A program made the position numbers and the translations under genes. Below, one piece after another: positions 15,667 through 31,544 of a stretch of 64,000 nt of DNA. The notes under the pieces are model-generated. The model was not told the DNA's origin. It saw only the letters and a program-made list of their open reading frames with translations, and searched no databases. Each line of letters starts with the position of its first letter. The stretch's first letter is position 1. The DNA comes from Octopus vulgaris (taxonomy: Eukaryota): NCBI GenBank assembly GCA_951406725.2, contig OX597824.1, positions 47,554,001-47,618,000 of the forward strand, read 5' to 3'.

Positions 15667-16624
15667 AGTATATTCTTGGTTACAACATATAATCACTCAG
15701 AATGTTGCTACCAATTATTTCACACTAACTATTGCACTTGGCAATATTGACAACTCTTCAGACATACTGGCTGAAAGGGCATAACCTCTTTTATAGAGAG
15801 GGTAAATATACAATCCTTGTTGGTTTGATGATGATAAAAACCAGAACAAAAGCAAAAATGATAAATTATAACATTTTCCAGGAAGAAAAAGATGAGTTGC
15901 ATCCCATGGGACGCTGTTAGTTGTGGCTGAAGGGCATCAGCTTTGCATGTGTACATATTTTCTGTTCTTTAGTCGTCCCACCCCCAAAAGGCAGGGAGGG
16001 GACTATCACACTGCCAAAAGGAATTTATTTTCTATCATGAAGCCAAGATAAATAATCACAAGTCCCATTTTAGAATCTAAGGGAGACACAATATTACAAT
16101 ATTAGCTAGTTATATAAAGCAATTGAAAGGAGAAAGAAGATCATACAAAATCAACAAGAAACAGCTGGGGCAGCATTGGCCATATGGATTTTGAATTGTT
16201 TGCTTGGTCAAGAGAAGAATCATTTACAAAAATTTATACAATCCAGGTGCCTTCCTGAACTAAAAAAATTGAAATATTTTGTTGTTGTCCTCGTAACAGA
16301 AGGTTCATTTTAGCAACATGGTTGTTCTCTTTTCAGCCAAGAGAATGGAAAACTTGTACACATACACATACAATTGACAATGTCCCATGGGAGGCAATTC
16401 TTTTTTCCTTCTTGGAAAGTGTTATAACTTTTCATCACTTTATTTTGTTTAGTTTTTTATCATTACCAAGCAAACCAGGACTATATGTTTACCTCCTATA
16501 TAAAAGAGGCTATGCACTTCTGGATAGCATATCTGAAGAGTAGTCAATATTGCCAAGTGCAATAGTCAATATGAAACCATCAGTAATATTCTGACCAGAA
16601 ATATGCCATAACCAGGAATATACT
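15667..16624. mobile_element. Old foldback/MITE-like element with ~300-bp degenerate inverted arms
   Basis: 15667-15975 is the reverse complement of 16335-16624, for example actattgcacttggcaatattgac / gtcaatattgccaagtgcaatagt. Confidence 0.8.
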
Positions 16625-17299
16625 ACTCAACAATATAAAAGTATAACCACTTAATCTCTCTTTTAGAGGTGCTCTGTTTTCTGACTAATTATATATGTAG
16701 TTTAAATGCCTAAATAGGAGAAAAATACTTGGAAGTTGGTTAGTGTTATTAGGATTTGTTTGTAATACTGGAGCATAGTGAATTGTTTCAATCATTCAAA
16801 TTTCATTGATTAGCTTGGTTAAGTCATAAAGTGTATGGCAATATGGGTTTGGCATGCTGTTGATGGGTAGTAGGGTGACAAGTAAAGTAACCATTTTTAC
16901 AATTATCCTACCATCTGCCCACCAACTGTCAGCCAGCCCCATAACTTATTAACTGACCAATGAAATTTGGATTATTTGAACAATCAAATTTTCCCCCAAG
17001 TTTTTTGTTTCTAAATCCACTCACCAAGGTCTTTCATATATATGTATGTAATGTGTGTGTATTAATAGTTAAAATTTTAATTATAGATTTAATAATACTA
17101 ATATGGAACAAAAAAAAATTAACAATAGGCCCTTCAACAGGATTTTAATCATTATCCCTTGCATATAATAGCAATCTCTGTATTGTAATTGGTAATGCAG
17201 TAGCGTAGCAAGCAAAAGATACATGGATCAAATCCTGTCAGAGGGGATGTTGTTATGTTTTTATCTATTCCAAATTAGTGCTTTCATGTGTGTGTGTGT

Positions 17300-17378
<79 letters not shown>

Positions 17379-18802
17379 TTGGACTAATTCATTTAACAAA
17401 TGATTCCTATAAGATCAACTATGTACTCATGAGGGCTATATAAGCTGAAATACCCAAATATATAAACTAATATAGTCTAACTATTCTCATGAATGATTTA
17501 TGGCCAGTTAAAATAGCCCTTTACTTTGGATTTATTCTAGGTTTCTTGTTCGGGTTCAATGATTAATATTTTAAGAAGTGATTTACACATTAAAGACAAA
17601 ATGTCTTTTGCTTTCTAATTAGTTTTTTTTAATAACAAGAATAAGTTAATAAAGTGAAGATTTGGAAAAACAAACAAAGTCTTTACTTCACTAGAGTGAA
17701 GTAAAGACCTTGTATGTCAATTTTCAAATTTCATATTTTTAAACATTCTGGCTCAGTTTCAAGTTTAGTTAACTTGGTTCTCACTGTTTGACATAAATTA
17801 ATAAGAAGCCGGAATAAAAATAAACATTAAGAAATATTATGTCATTCTTTTATGAGTTGAATATCCTTTTCAGACTTTCATTTTATGTTATTCTTACTTC
17901 ATTTCCCTTAATTTCCCAAGTGGATACTAAATGAGCTATTTTCAAAATCATATCCTTATGAAGTTACATTTTCATGTCACTACTTACACTTAAGTTAATT
18001 AAAATATAATGAACAAAGTGCTGTATCTGTTACTAATATTTTACTTAATTCTACCAAGATGGGAAAGGGAAAGTGATGTTTTTTCAATCACAACCCCAAG
18101 TTTTCTCAAAGTATTACATCATAATTTGTCTGTGAGTTGATCTGAGAGCCTTATGGAAAGCAAAAATTGAGATTTAAAAAAATATAGATATATATTTCTT
18201 ATTTTATGGAATATAATTCCAAAACAAATTATAGCTTTGACCATAAAGAAATCATGAACATTTATAGAATCTCTTCAGGTTATGGCATCAAAATTTAGAT
18301 GGTAAGATTCAAAATTTAGGCATAGTCCAATAATCAATGATTTGGATTTTTGTTTTCAATATTAGAACAAATTTTTTTGCTGGCCTTGTGCCAAAATTTG
18401 AAACCAATATCAGAACAGATTTTAAGAGTAATTTCACCTGTATAAAATCTGAGAAAAATGGATGAACAGAAGAACTGTATCTACAACAACTTATGTATTT
18501 GTAGAATGGTTTTCAAATATTAAACAGTATTTCTTCTAATAATAAAAACTGAAAAACATTAGACAACTCTGATCAGTGAAATCATAACCAAGTTGTGAAC
18601 AGCATAACGTGTACAGAACAAAAATGGAAATCTGCCACTATGGATAATGGTTTCTATTACAGGCATATATCCGCTATCAAAGCCAACAAAACATCATAGA
18701 AATCATTAGATATAGTAGTACTAATGAAAACCTATCAGTAAACTCATTTATAAGTCCAATCAGTCTCTGAATTCAGTCCTAACTTGTTATAATGAAAAGT
18801 AA

Positions 18803-18818
18803 GAGAGAGAGAGAGAGG

Positions 18819-18861
<43 letters not shown>

Positions 18862-18895
18862 TGTGTGTGTGTGTGTGTGCGTGTGTGTGTGTGTG

Positions 18896-18954
<59 letters not shown>

Positions 18955-18976
18955 ATGTGCATATGTGTGTGTGTGC
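18803..18976. repeat. (GA)n(GT)n compound microsatellite
   Basis: Direct reading of the sequence. Confidence 0.95.
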
Positions 18977-21900
18977 AAAGGTATGTATTTGAAAAGATTT
19001 TGAGAATGTACTGACTGAAACAGTATCAAGAGGTACTAGAAACATTCAGATAAATATTCTTTAAACACTTATAGTTTGTGTTTATAAAATATAATAATCG
19101 TTTATTAAATATTTAATGAAAACATATTTACACACACAATGTACTTTGTTGGGATGATTTATTAAATAATATTTTTGCAATACAAACAATAAGTTTGGAG
19201 TGGAGTGCATTCAGATAACAAGTAAAAAGACAATAATACAGGCTAGCTATCCTGACAAATAATTAAAATATATTATGTCAGATTGTCAATAAACAACTTC
19301 ACAGATCTAAGAATGAAATATGATACACAATATCTGAAGAGAGCAAATCAATAGTTAATAGATAAACAATATAAACAAAATGTTCAAAATATTGTGCCTT
19401 AGTGAAAATCCTTGCAAAGCAACTCTAGTGAATTCCTTTTAAAAAAATTAACGACCTAATTCTATTGTAGCAATGATAATTAATAAATATATTAGAATGC
19501 CATAAATAAGTAAATACATGATTTAATTACGGAACTTAATTTGAATCTGATTATTTCAATTTCATGTTTTAGTTACTCAAAAAGTTGTACATCAGTAAAC
19601 CTAAATGCTATGTAGTTACAATAAATTAGGTAATTCTGAGTCTTCATAGTTAACAGTGCTCAAAGTGTTGAAGTTCAATGCTTAGCTAAATATATATTTT
19701 TTATTTTACCATAGGTTTTTCCAAAGAACTGAGGTTAGTGCAGTTGATGTTTAGACAGAAATTCTGTAGGTTGATAACTTTAAGGATGTAGGTTGATGCC
19801 TTCAAGGAAAGACAGGTTGGCATGGAGGGTCCAGAGAATATTAGGTATGATTTTGTGGGGCTGTGGAGCAGTAAGGATGCTGAGAGGTTAGTGTGTCAAG
19901 TGGGTTTGAACAGAAGAGGTACACAGCTTTCTATTTGCGAAAAACAGGAACTATCATATTAGCAATAAAGAGAGAGAGAGTGTGTGTGTGTGTGTGTGCG
20001 TGTGTGAGTGTGTGTGTGTGTTAGAATATACATCATGTCACAGTGTGAAGTTTAATAACACTCATGAGCCAAAAACTCAATAGATTTTTTTTCATTTATT
20101 TATCATAATTTCTTATTTAATTGATCTAATTATATGAATGAGTATGCACAATTTACAGGAATCCAATCTATGTAAAGGTTAGTCTTTTCCTCTCTGCTCT
20201 CCAGCTTTGCTTGTAATGTGCATTGTTTGTGAATATATATACCAATTAAAGAGAGGAGGAAACTCTCAAAATAACAGATGGAAATAGGAAATTATATAAT
20301 CTTGGAACAAATAGTAATCATATCTTAAAGGAAATAGATTGGAAGTAAACTATATTTTGTTTCAATTGATTTGCTTCTGTTTCTATTAATAAGAAAACAC
20401 TGAACATTAAATTTGACAGACTCAAAATATTGTACACCAACACAGTTTTATTTTTAATATAAGAGAAGACTTTGCTGGAAAGTATTAAGTTATTTTTTTA
20501 ATATATAACATTTACCAAAATTTAGATATATTTATGGCATTCAAATTAGAATAAGACAAGTGTAGAGAAAATACGTAAGTATTTTTGGAGTACATCTATA
20601 AAATATTTTACTTTTCTAATGAATAAATAATGTTTAAATGTGTGTCCTTTTGTCAGTTCAACAGAGACACTGAATATAGATCATGTATCAAGTGTAACCA
20701 GACAGTGATTTTGTAATGAAAAAGATAGCAATGGACAGATTAGAAAAGATAAAAAGGCAAAAGAAACAGAAAATATATCAAGAGGCATGTTTCTCTACCT
20801 TTTTCTCTTGTCAGTAGCTATTACTGCCATTTCCATTTACACTGCATCACTTACCTGCTTAAGTTCAACAAAGAATAACCCACCTGAATTAGTTTTACCT
20901 GAAGAAATTAACACAGTTTCACAGTCATATGATCAAATCACTTTGGGTTACTGCCTTAATATAAGACTTACTGCATCAATGACATGATTTAGAGCTTCAA
21001 AACATGTATCTCACGTATGTGGTTGTGAAGAAAAAGCAATTATACAAAGAGATGCAATATCTCACCAATCTACATGTGGCAGAAGTTTAATACAGGAAAC
21101 AAAACTGTAATGGTTAAATACATGAGTTATAGCACTCCATTTTGTATCACAGTTTAAAAGCTAGCCAGTCTTTAGTAAGACATTGATTCAGTGACTAAAT
21201 TGTAGACTTGGTAATAATGGTAGAACTATTATTGCAACCTGTCCCTTAATTATGTATGAGTAGCTAAGAAGTAGTAAAATAAATACATAATAGATGTGAA
21301 ACTTGACATAAGCATAAACTAAGATATATCTCTTTCAAACAAATATAAAGAAGCTGTCTTCCATTAAGCTCTTCACATAGGAAACCATTCATTTGCATCC
21401 ACAAGTAAGATATTTTACTTCCTATGATTATCAACCAAATGTCCTGTGAGTTGTCTACCAAATTTATTCTGCAGTTTGGATTTTTAGATCCTTTAATTCA
21501 ACCAAAATATTAACTAAATAAAAGTAAAATATTTCCAAACCACAGAATAAAGATTCAATCTCAACTTGTGAACAAACTTGCATTTCTTAATATTTCAATT
21601 CTGTTTTCATCGGCCGTCCTAAATTAACAAATGTTATCATCAACCAAAATTATATTTATAATTATTCTAACTGTAAGTTCTATTGCTAAATAGTTAAAAT
21701 ATGAATGTAAGATATATAAAAAGAAACTTAGAATTAGTTATTTTCCAGTGTTTAAGTATTAACTAGGTACTTCTAATTGAACTTGATCTGTAAATTTAAG
21801 GAGTCAAATCAATATAGTGCTATACAAAATCAGTGACGTAGACTTAAGCATCAATGCATTTTAATCTCTATTTTTATCCTTCTGTTCCAAGCCTTTATAG

Positions 21901-22004
21901 ATTATAAAACCAACCCTTTACTTTATAAAAATGTAGGACATAAAAAAAAATTACTATTGCATGAAAATAATCAATCAGTTTATATATATATATATATATA
22001 TATA

Positions 22005-22232
22005 CTGTTGTGCCTGGGGAGAGTCATTCTCTTTTGGTGCCTTATAATTTAACACACTCACCAGTAAAATTTCCACTTATCTCCTTTTCAGTAGTTTTGA
22101 TAAACTATTGAAAAGGTTGCAAGATGTAACGAACATTTTAGAAAAATAAAAAAGAAATAAGTGGAAATTTTACTGGTGAGTGTGTTAAATTATAAGGCAC
22201 CAAAAGAGAATGACTCTCCCCAGACACAACAG
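22005..22232. repeat. Young foldback element with ~75-bp near-perfect inverted arms, next to a (TA)n tract
   Basis: ctgttgtgcctggggagagtcattctcttttggtgcc...ttccacttat is the reverse complement of ataagtggaa...ggcaccaaaagagaatgactctccccagacacaacag. Confidence 0.9.
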
Positions 22233-25200
22233 AATATGCTGCAACACACGAACTCAAATAAAATCTTGCAAACCAAATCCAAAAACGAAATGTGTATATA
22301 TATATATATTTATATATATATAATGGAGAAATTGTATAAAATGTATATAAATGGATAATGAGTAAAGCACCAGCACAGTTTTGATTACCTGTTGCTATAT
22401 ATATATATATATATATGCTTTAAAAAAGTATTATATATTGTGTGCTTGGATTAATTAATTTTCATCTAATCTAAAAATCTTATCTAAAAATCAGTACATA
22501 AAATGCAAGTCTTCACTATTCCTGTCATTATGAAAGAAGATAATACTTAGGAACAGATTGCTAGCTTTACATCCTTGGGAGATAATTTAAAAATTCTAGC
22601 TGCCAGCTATAAATGTGAAACCTCAACCAATATATGGTGACATATCCAGATACATACCCTATGATGGCAATAATGTCAGTTTTGTTCTATATAGGCATCT
22701 ATATGAGGAATTGCATGCACATTTAAAGAACAGTTTACAAAGACTGGTTTATTATTCTTGAAAATAACTGTAAAAAGTAATGCTGTCACTTTTTATTTGT
22801 AAATAATCATAATACTCAATATTTACTTTGTTTGCGTTTTCCCGTAAGACAAATAACACAGTTTTTCAGTTCAATGTAGGAGATTTAATACAATTTTGGT
22901 GATCAACTAGAAAGGCTGATCACTGAACAAGTTTATTACATATATAACTAAAAAGTACAATGACTGAAAAAGTTAAGAAGGTGGGTAAATTACCACTACT
23001 ATTGTTTTAAAACATTGTGCAATACATAATCCTGCTTGCTCTAGTTTGGTTGTTCACAGATTTCCCTTTTATAGTTAATAGTAAGAAGAGTAGTGACTAG
23101 CTGTAAAACGATAACCTAGATATTAAACAATGAAAAAAATAGTTGTTCTATGTAAAATAATTTGTCCTACAAAATATCTGAATACTTTTAATCCCAAAAT
23201 TACTGTTACCATTATAAAAAATGTTCTGAGTTATAACAATTTAGTTCCAGGAAAATACCTCAGAAAGTGTTCTGCATACTAAATATACATATGATAGGGT
23301 ATCACATACAGAATATAGTGAATTGAAAAACTGATCAACTGAGATTATTCCTTCAGTCAATAGACAAAACTTTTCTTGGGGTGCTTAAAATAAAAGCAAC
23401 TAATTGAAATTTTTGGAACTTAAAGACAATGCAGATAAAGTGGATCTTTGAAGTCAATAGGTGAAAGCATCAGGCATGTTTCAGCCTTATTTACATCTCC
23501 TCAGCAAGACGTATTCTATACAACTGGTAAAACTTAGAAGCAACCAATTATATAATGAAGGAAGGAATGTGCTGATACCAATCATGAATATCAACAATAA
23601 AGTTGAAAGATAATATACCATGCTAAATACACATTAGGTACGCCCTCAGATATATAATATATAATAAGTTGAAAAACTTTGAATAACTGAAATTATTCAT
23701 GCATTCAGTAGACAAAATTCCCTCTAGAGGCATTTAAAAATCTAAAAAAAAAATTATCAGCAAAAAAGTTAACCTCAATAAAATCAACAAATGGAAATTT
23801 TCAGATACAAAAATGATGCACAATGAAAGGGACCTTGTCTTCAAAGGCAGTTGGTGAAAACAAATCTCATTAAACCTGCCATGTGGAGTATATTCTATTC
23901 ATTTGACAAAACTTAGTATATATTGAATCTAACTGCTTTGAAAACCATAAAACTTGTTAAGGTTTCTGATTATATACCAATTTAAGAAATAATCATACAT
24001 CAACAGCTATTTTGAATAACAGCCAAATAATTAGGTTAGTCATTAAAGTCATTTGGTATCATTTAGTGTACATATTTCTGAGCTAAAATCCTGCTAGGAT
24101 TGACTTTATCATTTAACCCATGGGGAGAATAAGTATGTACTTTTTTTTTTTTCTTAAGAAAAAAAGCCATTAATACTTCTCAATTTTATGTCCTGAGAGA
24201 CTTTAATAATTTCAATCTAGGCAAGCTACAAAAATTTAAATATAATTCAAGTTATCATTTGAGCATGAATTATCTTAAGGAAGAAATGATTAACTTTAAA
24301 CTTACAAACTTCAGTAAGAGAGACTGGAAGCTATGGTAAACTAAAAAATAATGAATTAATTAATCAATCTATTAATCAACAAATGACTGGTAATCTAGGT
24401 AACTTATTTATTTTTCCTATCTTATGTTAATGAAAAATTGTTGGTTTCAAATTTTGGTACAAGGCCAGCAATTTTGTGGGAGGGGCTAAGTCAATTACAT
24501 CAACCCCCCACTAGTATTCAAGTGGTACTTATTTTATTGACCCTGAAAGGAGGAAAGACAAAGTCAACCTTGGCAGAATTTGAACTCAGAACATAGAGAC
24601 ATGAAATGCCACTAAGCATTTTGCCTGGTATGCTAACAATTCTGCCAGCTTGTCACCTTAGAAATAGTACATATTAAAAAATATTTTGAATAGCATATAA
24701 ATTGTAAACCTCAATGTGTTGAAATTATTAAAAGAGTTTTGAGAATGATAGAGATAATGTAAAGAAAATAGTGTATGTGTGGTTGAGCATGTTTAGGTGT
24801 GCATGTGATTTTTAAAAGCTTTTTTTTTTTTTACTGCTGAGACCTAAAACGGAAAACAATGCTTATAGCCAGTCAAATCAGAAAAATATAGGCTGTAAAT
24901 ACAACTATACATTCATAAGTCATGAACTTCAAACTTGCTACAAGCATAGCGTTAAGCCCTTTTTGCATATAATACTCTGTTTTGAAGTATTTGCTGAACT
25001 TCAGAGAAGTATGTTTCACCCTTAGAAAGTTGGCTTTAGAAAACGACTAACACTCTTTCTAATGTGAAAGCATCATTGGAAATGCTATTGAAAATATACA
25101 ATTTAGAATTCTTACTCAACAGGTTTGAAAAGGTTTTGTTCAAATTGCTTTTACAGCTCTATTTCTTTGACCATAATTATTATTTTAATGTCTATTTTTC

Positions 25201-27324
25201 CATGCTTACATGAGTCAAGTAGAATTCATTGAAGCAGATTTTCTATGGCCATATGCCCTTCCTCTTGTCAATCCTCACCTGTTTGCAAAGAAGGTAATAT
25301 TTCCTCATAGTCAGACATGTTTTCAGAGATCAGAAACAACAGACACTGTTTGTATGATGGTGTCACTTGTTTTGCATCTATCATGTGATGTCATGACAAG
25401 GAGACACATACCCATGCATATACGATGGGTTTCTTTCAGTTTCTGACTAATACCAAATCCACTCACAAGGCTTTGGTCTGGGGCTACAGAAGACACTTGC
25501 TTAAGGTACCATGCAGTGGGCCTGAACCTGAAACTACATGAGTGGGAACCAAACTTTTGAACCAAACAGCTATGCCTGCAGCTAAGAAAAAAATCAAACC
25601 ATCCAATCAATTTAAAATTTGAAAAAAGAAATGGAAGATATTTTCAGCTACATTTTGTATCCTAGTTTGAATAACTGTCTGGTGTTTTTAAACCTAAACA
25701 GTAAGTAGTAACAGTCATGTTATGTATGACATTAAGGATTTCCTTTTCGTAAGCATAATTCCAATTTCATACGAGAAGCAGCTAAGTCAGCAGCAATACA
25801 TTAGTAGCATTTATTCAGTTAAACCCAGAGAGATAAAAAATGAAGTCAATTTAGCAGGATTAGAGTTCATGTGTTAGACACCAAACTAGATAGATGAAAA
25901 ATGTAGTAAAGTGCACTACCACTTTTCCCTATCTAATATATAACACTGAGTAGTTAAAAAATTAATGAAAACCATACTAGATATTTTATTGAAAAATTGG
26001 AAAATAAAATAACAAATAGAAGCTTTCTGAGAAAAAATAAAGGAACAAATAAAGCAGATATAAAACAATTTAATTAATGAAAGTAATATTAATGAAAACA
26101 GAAATATAGTATATAAAAAGGAGCTGATAACAGCTTCTTTTCTTAGAGTAAAGCAGTAAAAATGTATCAGTTTAAATATTTTCTAGGGAAATTGTTGAGA
26201 ATTGTATGCAAATTAGTAAAAATTGTAGAAATATTGCAGTGAAAAAGCGAATGAATCGAATACAGCACTCAGACAATGAGAACAGAACTTCATTAATGAA
26301 AAGAATAGAGGAACTAAAGGAAATCTAAGATCCTATCCATTATCTAACAAAATAGATAAAATCTGAAACTGAGTTGCTTTACAAAGATTTTGGTATTCTC
26401 ACAGTTTAAAATTTAACATTAATAATATTTCAAAAGACCTAATAAAGTTTTTTAAATACTAATTTTAAAATAGAAATTGTATGTCAAATAAAAATACATT
26501 TTCTTTTTACATGAGCAAAAATCCTTGTATTTATAGAGTTGTAAAAAATGAGAGTTTTGGATCTTTATGTATTTCTGAAAGGAATTACTACACCCAAAAG
26601 AAACAATTTTTGTTGGAAACAATAACAGGGTCATGGATTCATCTTGAAGAAAACTAAATTTAAATAAATTAATTGGTGGTTATTATAAAACAATAAAAGT
26701 CCTTGGTAGTGGTCTGCAGACCAGTTTCAGTTTGCAGTTGAAACCATTTCATTGATGCTACAAAAGACTCTTGAAAAAGGCATGATAACCACAATATTTT
26801 ATTTTCACTATTCTCCTGTATATTTTTGACATCAGGCGTTTAAATAAACTACCATCACTATTATTAGAATTGTTGTTGGTGTTGTTGATGCTGTTGTTTA
26901 TTGATTTTTTTAAATAAGCAAAAGGCCTCAAATTTAGAGGAGAGGTATAGTCAATTGTATCAACCCCAGGACTCAATTTATGCCCTATTTTAATCAACTC
27001 TGGGTGGAAGAATGTTGACCTTAGTGGGATTTGAACTCAAAATATAAAGGATTGTAAGTAATTACTGCAAAGAGTTTTGGAAAACACAAATTATAGTCTA
27101 AAAAGACAAAAATAATTATTTTTCATCTTGAAATAGTTATGATGTAAATAGATTAGAATAAAAAATATCTTTTAATCTTTTATTCTATAATTCTTTAATA
27201 CAGAACTGCTTGTAGTTTTGATGCTATGTTACACAGTAAAGTTTTTAAGCAGTGAGAATAAAAGAGCAATTAACAAAGACACGTGAAAAAAAATCAATGA
27301 AATGTAGAATCAATTATTAGCTTA

Positions 27325-27612
<288 letters not shown>

Positions 27613-28159
27613 CTATTGAAGTCGGGTCATAACTGTATATCCAGTTTAATAGTCACAAATTTGTATCTACTAACTAGTATTGTACTGTATCCAGGATAAT
27701 GCAACTCAAATCCATCTGCAAGATAATGAATACTTGATTCCCACTAAGCATATTATATTAAGTTAATTTGATACTGTTAGTGGACAAAATACAACACATT
27801 AGGGTCATGAGTTCCCAACTCACTATAGTTAGTGGCTCTCTTGCGCTTGGGTAAAGTATTGAATTTTACTTACAGAAAAGTATGCACCAGACATATGGCA
27901 CTTTCTTCTGACTCACTTTCAAAAAGACAAGTGATAAGACTAACATCAGAGTAATATTCTTTGCAAACTAGTGGCATATGGGTGGGTACCATAACTAATA
28001 TGGCTAGAGAGAGAAAGAGAGACTGAGAGAGAGGTCTGTAAACCTGTAAATAAGTGAAAGATATTTTTAAAAAGTGGGATAAAAACTGTATTTATAAGAC
28101 AGTATTTTGTTTTCTTAAGTACAATTCACCATCCACCATATATCAATATGATAGGCTTA

Positions 28160-30325
28160 AATCAAGATACAAATTACTGTCCTTAAATTCCCAAAGTTTA
28201 TGCAACAGGATCTACCTTTTTGACTCTTACATCAGAAGTATAGACCTTGATTTCATTAGTCACAGAAACATGAGCACACTCTTTACTTTGCAATGGTGTT
28301 TTTAATATAGCTGGTCACTTGTTTTGTAAAGACCACATTAATCATCATGAAGGTGATGTGATAGTTTATGCTTGTTCAAAATTTTCAGCAATTCCTTGTG
28401 ATAATCTGAACAAATCACAAGAGGTATTTTTATGTAATATATGTATAAATGTGTCAACACTTCTACTTGGGATTGTTTACTACCCACAAATTATCATCAG
28501 GACACACAACTTCTTGACATGCTCAGAGCTGCATCTAAGATAACAGTCACTTATGTTTTCATTGTTGATAACTTCAATTACCCTAAGATTGATTGGGAAA
28601 CCTTTCAATGGCTGCAAAGTGCAAATGATTTCCTTGATTTAGTGTTAGATTTAAGCTGGTTCCAAGTAGTCACCTCCCCAACAAGAGTTGACAACACTTT
28701 GGATCTGATCTTTACCACTAGCCCTGAAACAATTATCAGTGTCACTACTGAGAAACATTTAGGTGACAATAACTGTGCCTCTTCTGGTCTTCACAGTGTT
28801 GCTTATCTGCTTCTCAAACACAGGTTTTTCTTTTGCACTTTTTCATTCTTCTTCCAATTTTTCCTTAATAAATGTTCACCCCAGAGCAATGGGAAATTGC
28901 CAGCATCATTCTCTTGTTGAAAAAGGGTGATTGCACATCACTTGTCAACAACCATCCAGTCAGTTCTACTAGCTGCATCACCAAACTGATGGAGTCCTGT
29001 GTCAGAGAAACACTCTGGAACTTCTGGAACTCTCACAGCCTTATTCAACCCTCACCAGTTGAAGTTATCCTTAACTCCAGCTGCTGTGGCCAACTCATTG
29101 AGTTTCCTGAAGATATCACCTGAATCACAGATGGTGGATCATGGATAGATGTTATCTATCTTGACTTTGAAAAAGCCTTCGATTCTGTTCCATACAAACA
29201 ACTTATGGCAAAACTCTCTACAATGGGTGTGAAAGATGATCTTTATAATTGATTGAAGTCCTTCATTCTTGTTCGAAAAGAGGTAGTCAAGACTCTTAGA
29301 CAGCAGTCTTCAGCCTATAAAATGACATCTAGTGTCCCACAGGGATCTGTTCTTGGACCCCTGTTGTTTGTTGCATATATTGATGACATTGATGCCAACT
29401 TGAAGAATGTTGAAATATACAGATGACATCAAGCTGTACCTTGAGATAAAAACGAACAGATCCTATATGCTATAGATCTTGCAATCAGGTCTGGACACAA
29501 TGCAGCAATGGATTACTGACTAGCAACTCAAGCAGGCATTTTGGGAGGAAAAACCCAGCTTTTACATACTCCCTCTACAATACCAACCTTAAGAAGTCTG
29601 CAATGAACATGACCTGGGCATTATTGTCAACAGCAGCTTGCACTGGGCAAACCACATCTCTAAAATTGTCAAGGCCAAGGGTTATTTAGTATCACTCAGC
29701 AAGATCTTTGTCAGTCACTCTTCAGCTATCTATTTACAGCTGTATATGGCTATGGCACGTCCACACTTAGAGTTTGCATCACCAGTCTGGAACCCCTATC
29801 TTGCTCAGTAATGGTTTGTGTGTTTTCTCAGCATATCGGTCTCCTAAAAACTATTCAGAAATGTGTACAGATAAATACCTGCCATCAGGTACATATAATA
29901 CTCTAAACATCTTGCTTCCCTGGACATGGACACATTAAAGCTCCAGTGTTTGGCAACTGACTTAGTAGATGCCCACAGGATTATCCACCATCTTTCCCAC
30001 AACAACCTTGGGCACCTTTTTGAATACCATATGTCTAACATTTGTGGACATGCTTACAAAATCAGAAAACAACACAGCACCCATGACTTTTGGAAACATT
30101 TTTTTCACATTCAGAATTGTTGAATCATGGAAAAACTATCTGCACCTGAAATTTGCCAACAGTACACATGATGTTCCCTCTCTTTTTTTTTAATGATTCA
30201 TTCACTGTTCACTTCCCATGAGTTATTCTATGTACTGTTCATGCACTTTCAGCTACTTTTCTGATGAGATGTAGTGCACCTAAGCCCTGTATACAATAAA
30301 TTCATTTCATTATCATTATTATTTC
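28160..30325 (+). mobile_element. Decayed CR1/L2-group LINE ORF2 (APE + RT) with an internal deletion and an (ATT)n tail
   Basis: DNFNYPKIDW, VTSPTRVDNTLDLIFT, PVSSTSCITKLME, DVIYLDFEKAFDSVP, SSVPQGSVLGPLLF and RPHLEFASPVWNP. It ends in aataaa followed by ttcatt/att repeats. Confidence 0.85.
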
Positions 30326-30940
30326 ATTGCTTTTTTATTTGTGGAGTGAATGTGCAAGTTTCAATTATCACATGAATTAGTAGCTTCATTTAAATATTTA
30401 TTAGAACAATGAGAATGTCATTCCAACAGGCAACTTCCCATGAGAGGAAAATTTGATTTGTTTTTTAAGTCTCTCTTTTTCTAGACTTACCATAGATCTG
30501 TTCCACAAAACACTTAGAAGTTGTAACTGTGGACACCCAAAATGCAATATCAATATCCCTTGTCTAAGTTGCTCTACCTGTTTTTAATCTATATAATATT
30601 TAATCTAAAAGATCCTAAGGGACAAAATGTCAAGTCAGTAGAATTTGAAAAGCAGAACTCATAACCATCAATTATCAATTCTCTGCCAATACAGTATCTT
30701 TATCTTTTGTTTGTTTCAGTCATTTGATTGTGGCCAAGCTGGGGCACCACCTTGAAGGGTTTTAGTTGAACAAATTGACACAAAAACTTATTTTCTTAAG
30801 CCTGGTACTTATTCTATCAGTCTCTTTTGTTGAACTGCTAAGTTATGGGGACACCAGTTGTCAAGCTGTAGTGGGGGACAAACACAGACACAAAGACCAC
30901 ACACACACACATTAAAAAAAAACATTTGTCAAAAGCTTAC

Positions 30941-30977
30941 CTTCAATTTTAGGGAAGTATTTCTCAAAAGCACAAGG
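30941..30977 (-). CDS. HDHD5: HDHD5-like 37-nt small exon (PCAFEKYFPKIE)
   Basis: aacag acceptor and gtaagc donor. Phase 0-1 bridges the flanking exons exactly. Resembles the FPRIE segment of HDHD5. Confidence 0.88.
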
Positions 30978-31319
30978 CTGTTAAAACAGAAAAAAAAAGG
31001 AATTATGTAGTGTATCATTTAATCATTAAAGCTGATATGCAAAAGAAATTATGAATGTGTAATAAAATCTAATTAAGAAGTTAAGCCACTAATGATTTTA
31101 TAAACAATGTCTGTTGTTATGTGACCTGTGGTTAGAAGCCTATGCTTATATAGTTCAAATTCTGACTAAGTTAACTATTTTGGTAGTTTCAAAGAGATGA
31201 AAGGCTAAATACTAAAATAGTTCAATTGCTCTATAAATAAATAAGGAAGAAAGTAATGATTATGAAATATTCTTGATTAATATTATCAATTAATTTTTAA
31301 AAATGCAATATACAACTCA

Positions 31320-31544
<225 letters not shown>

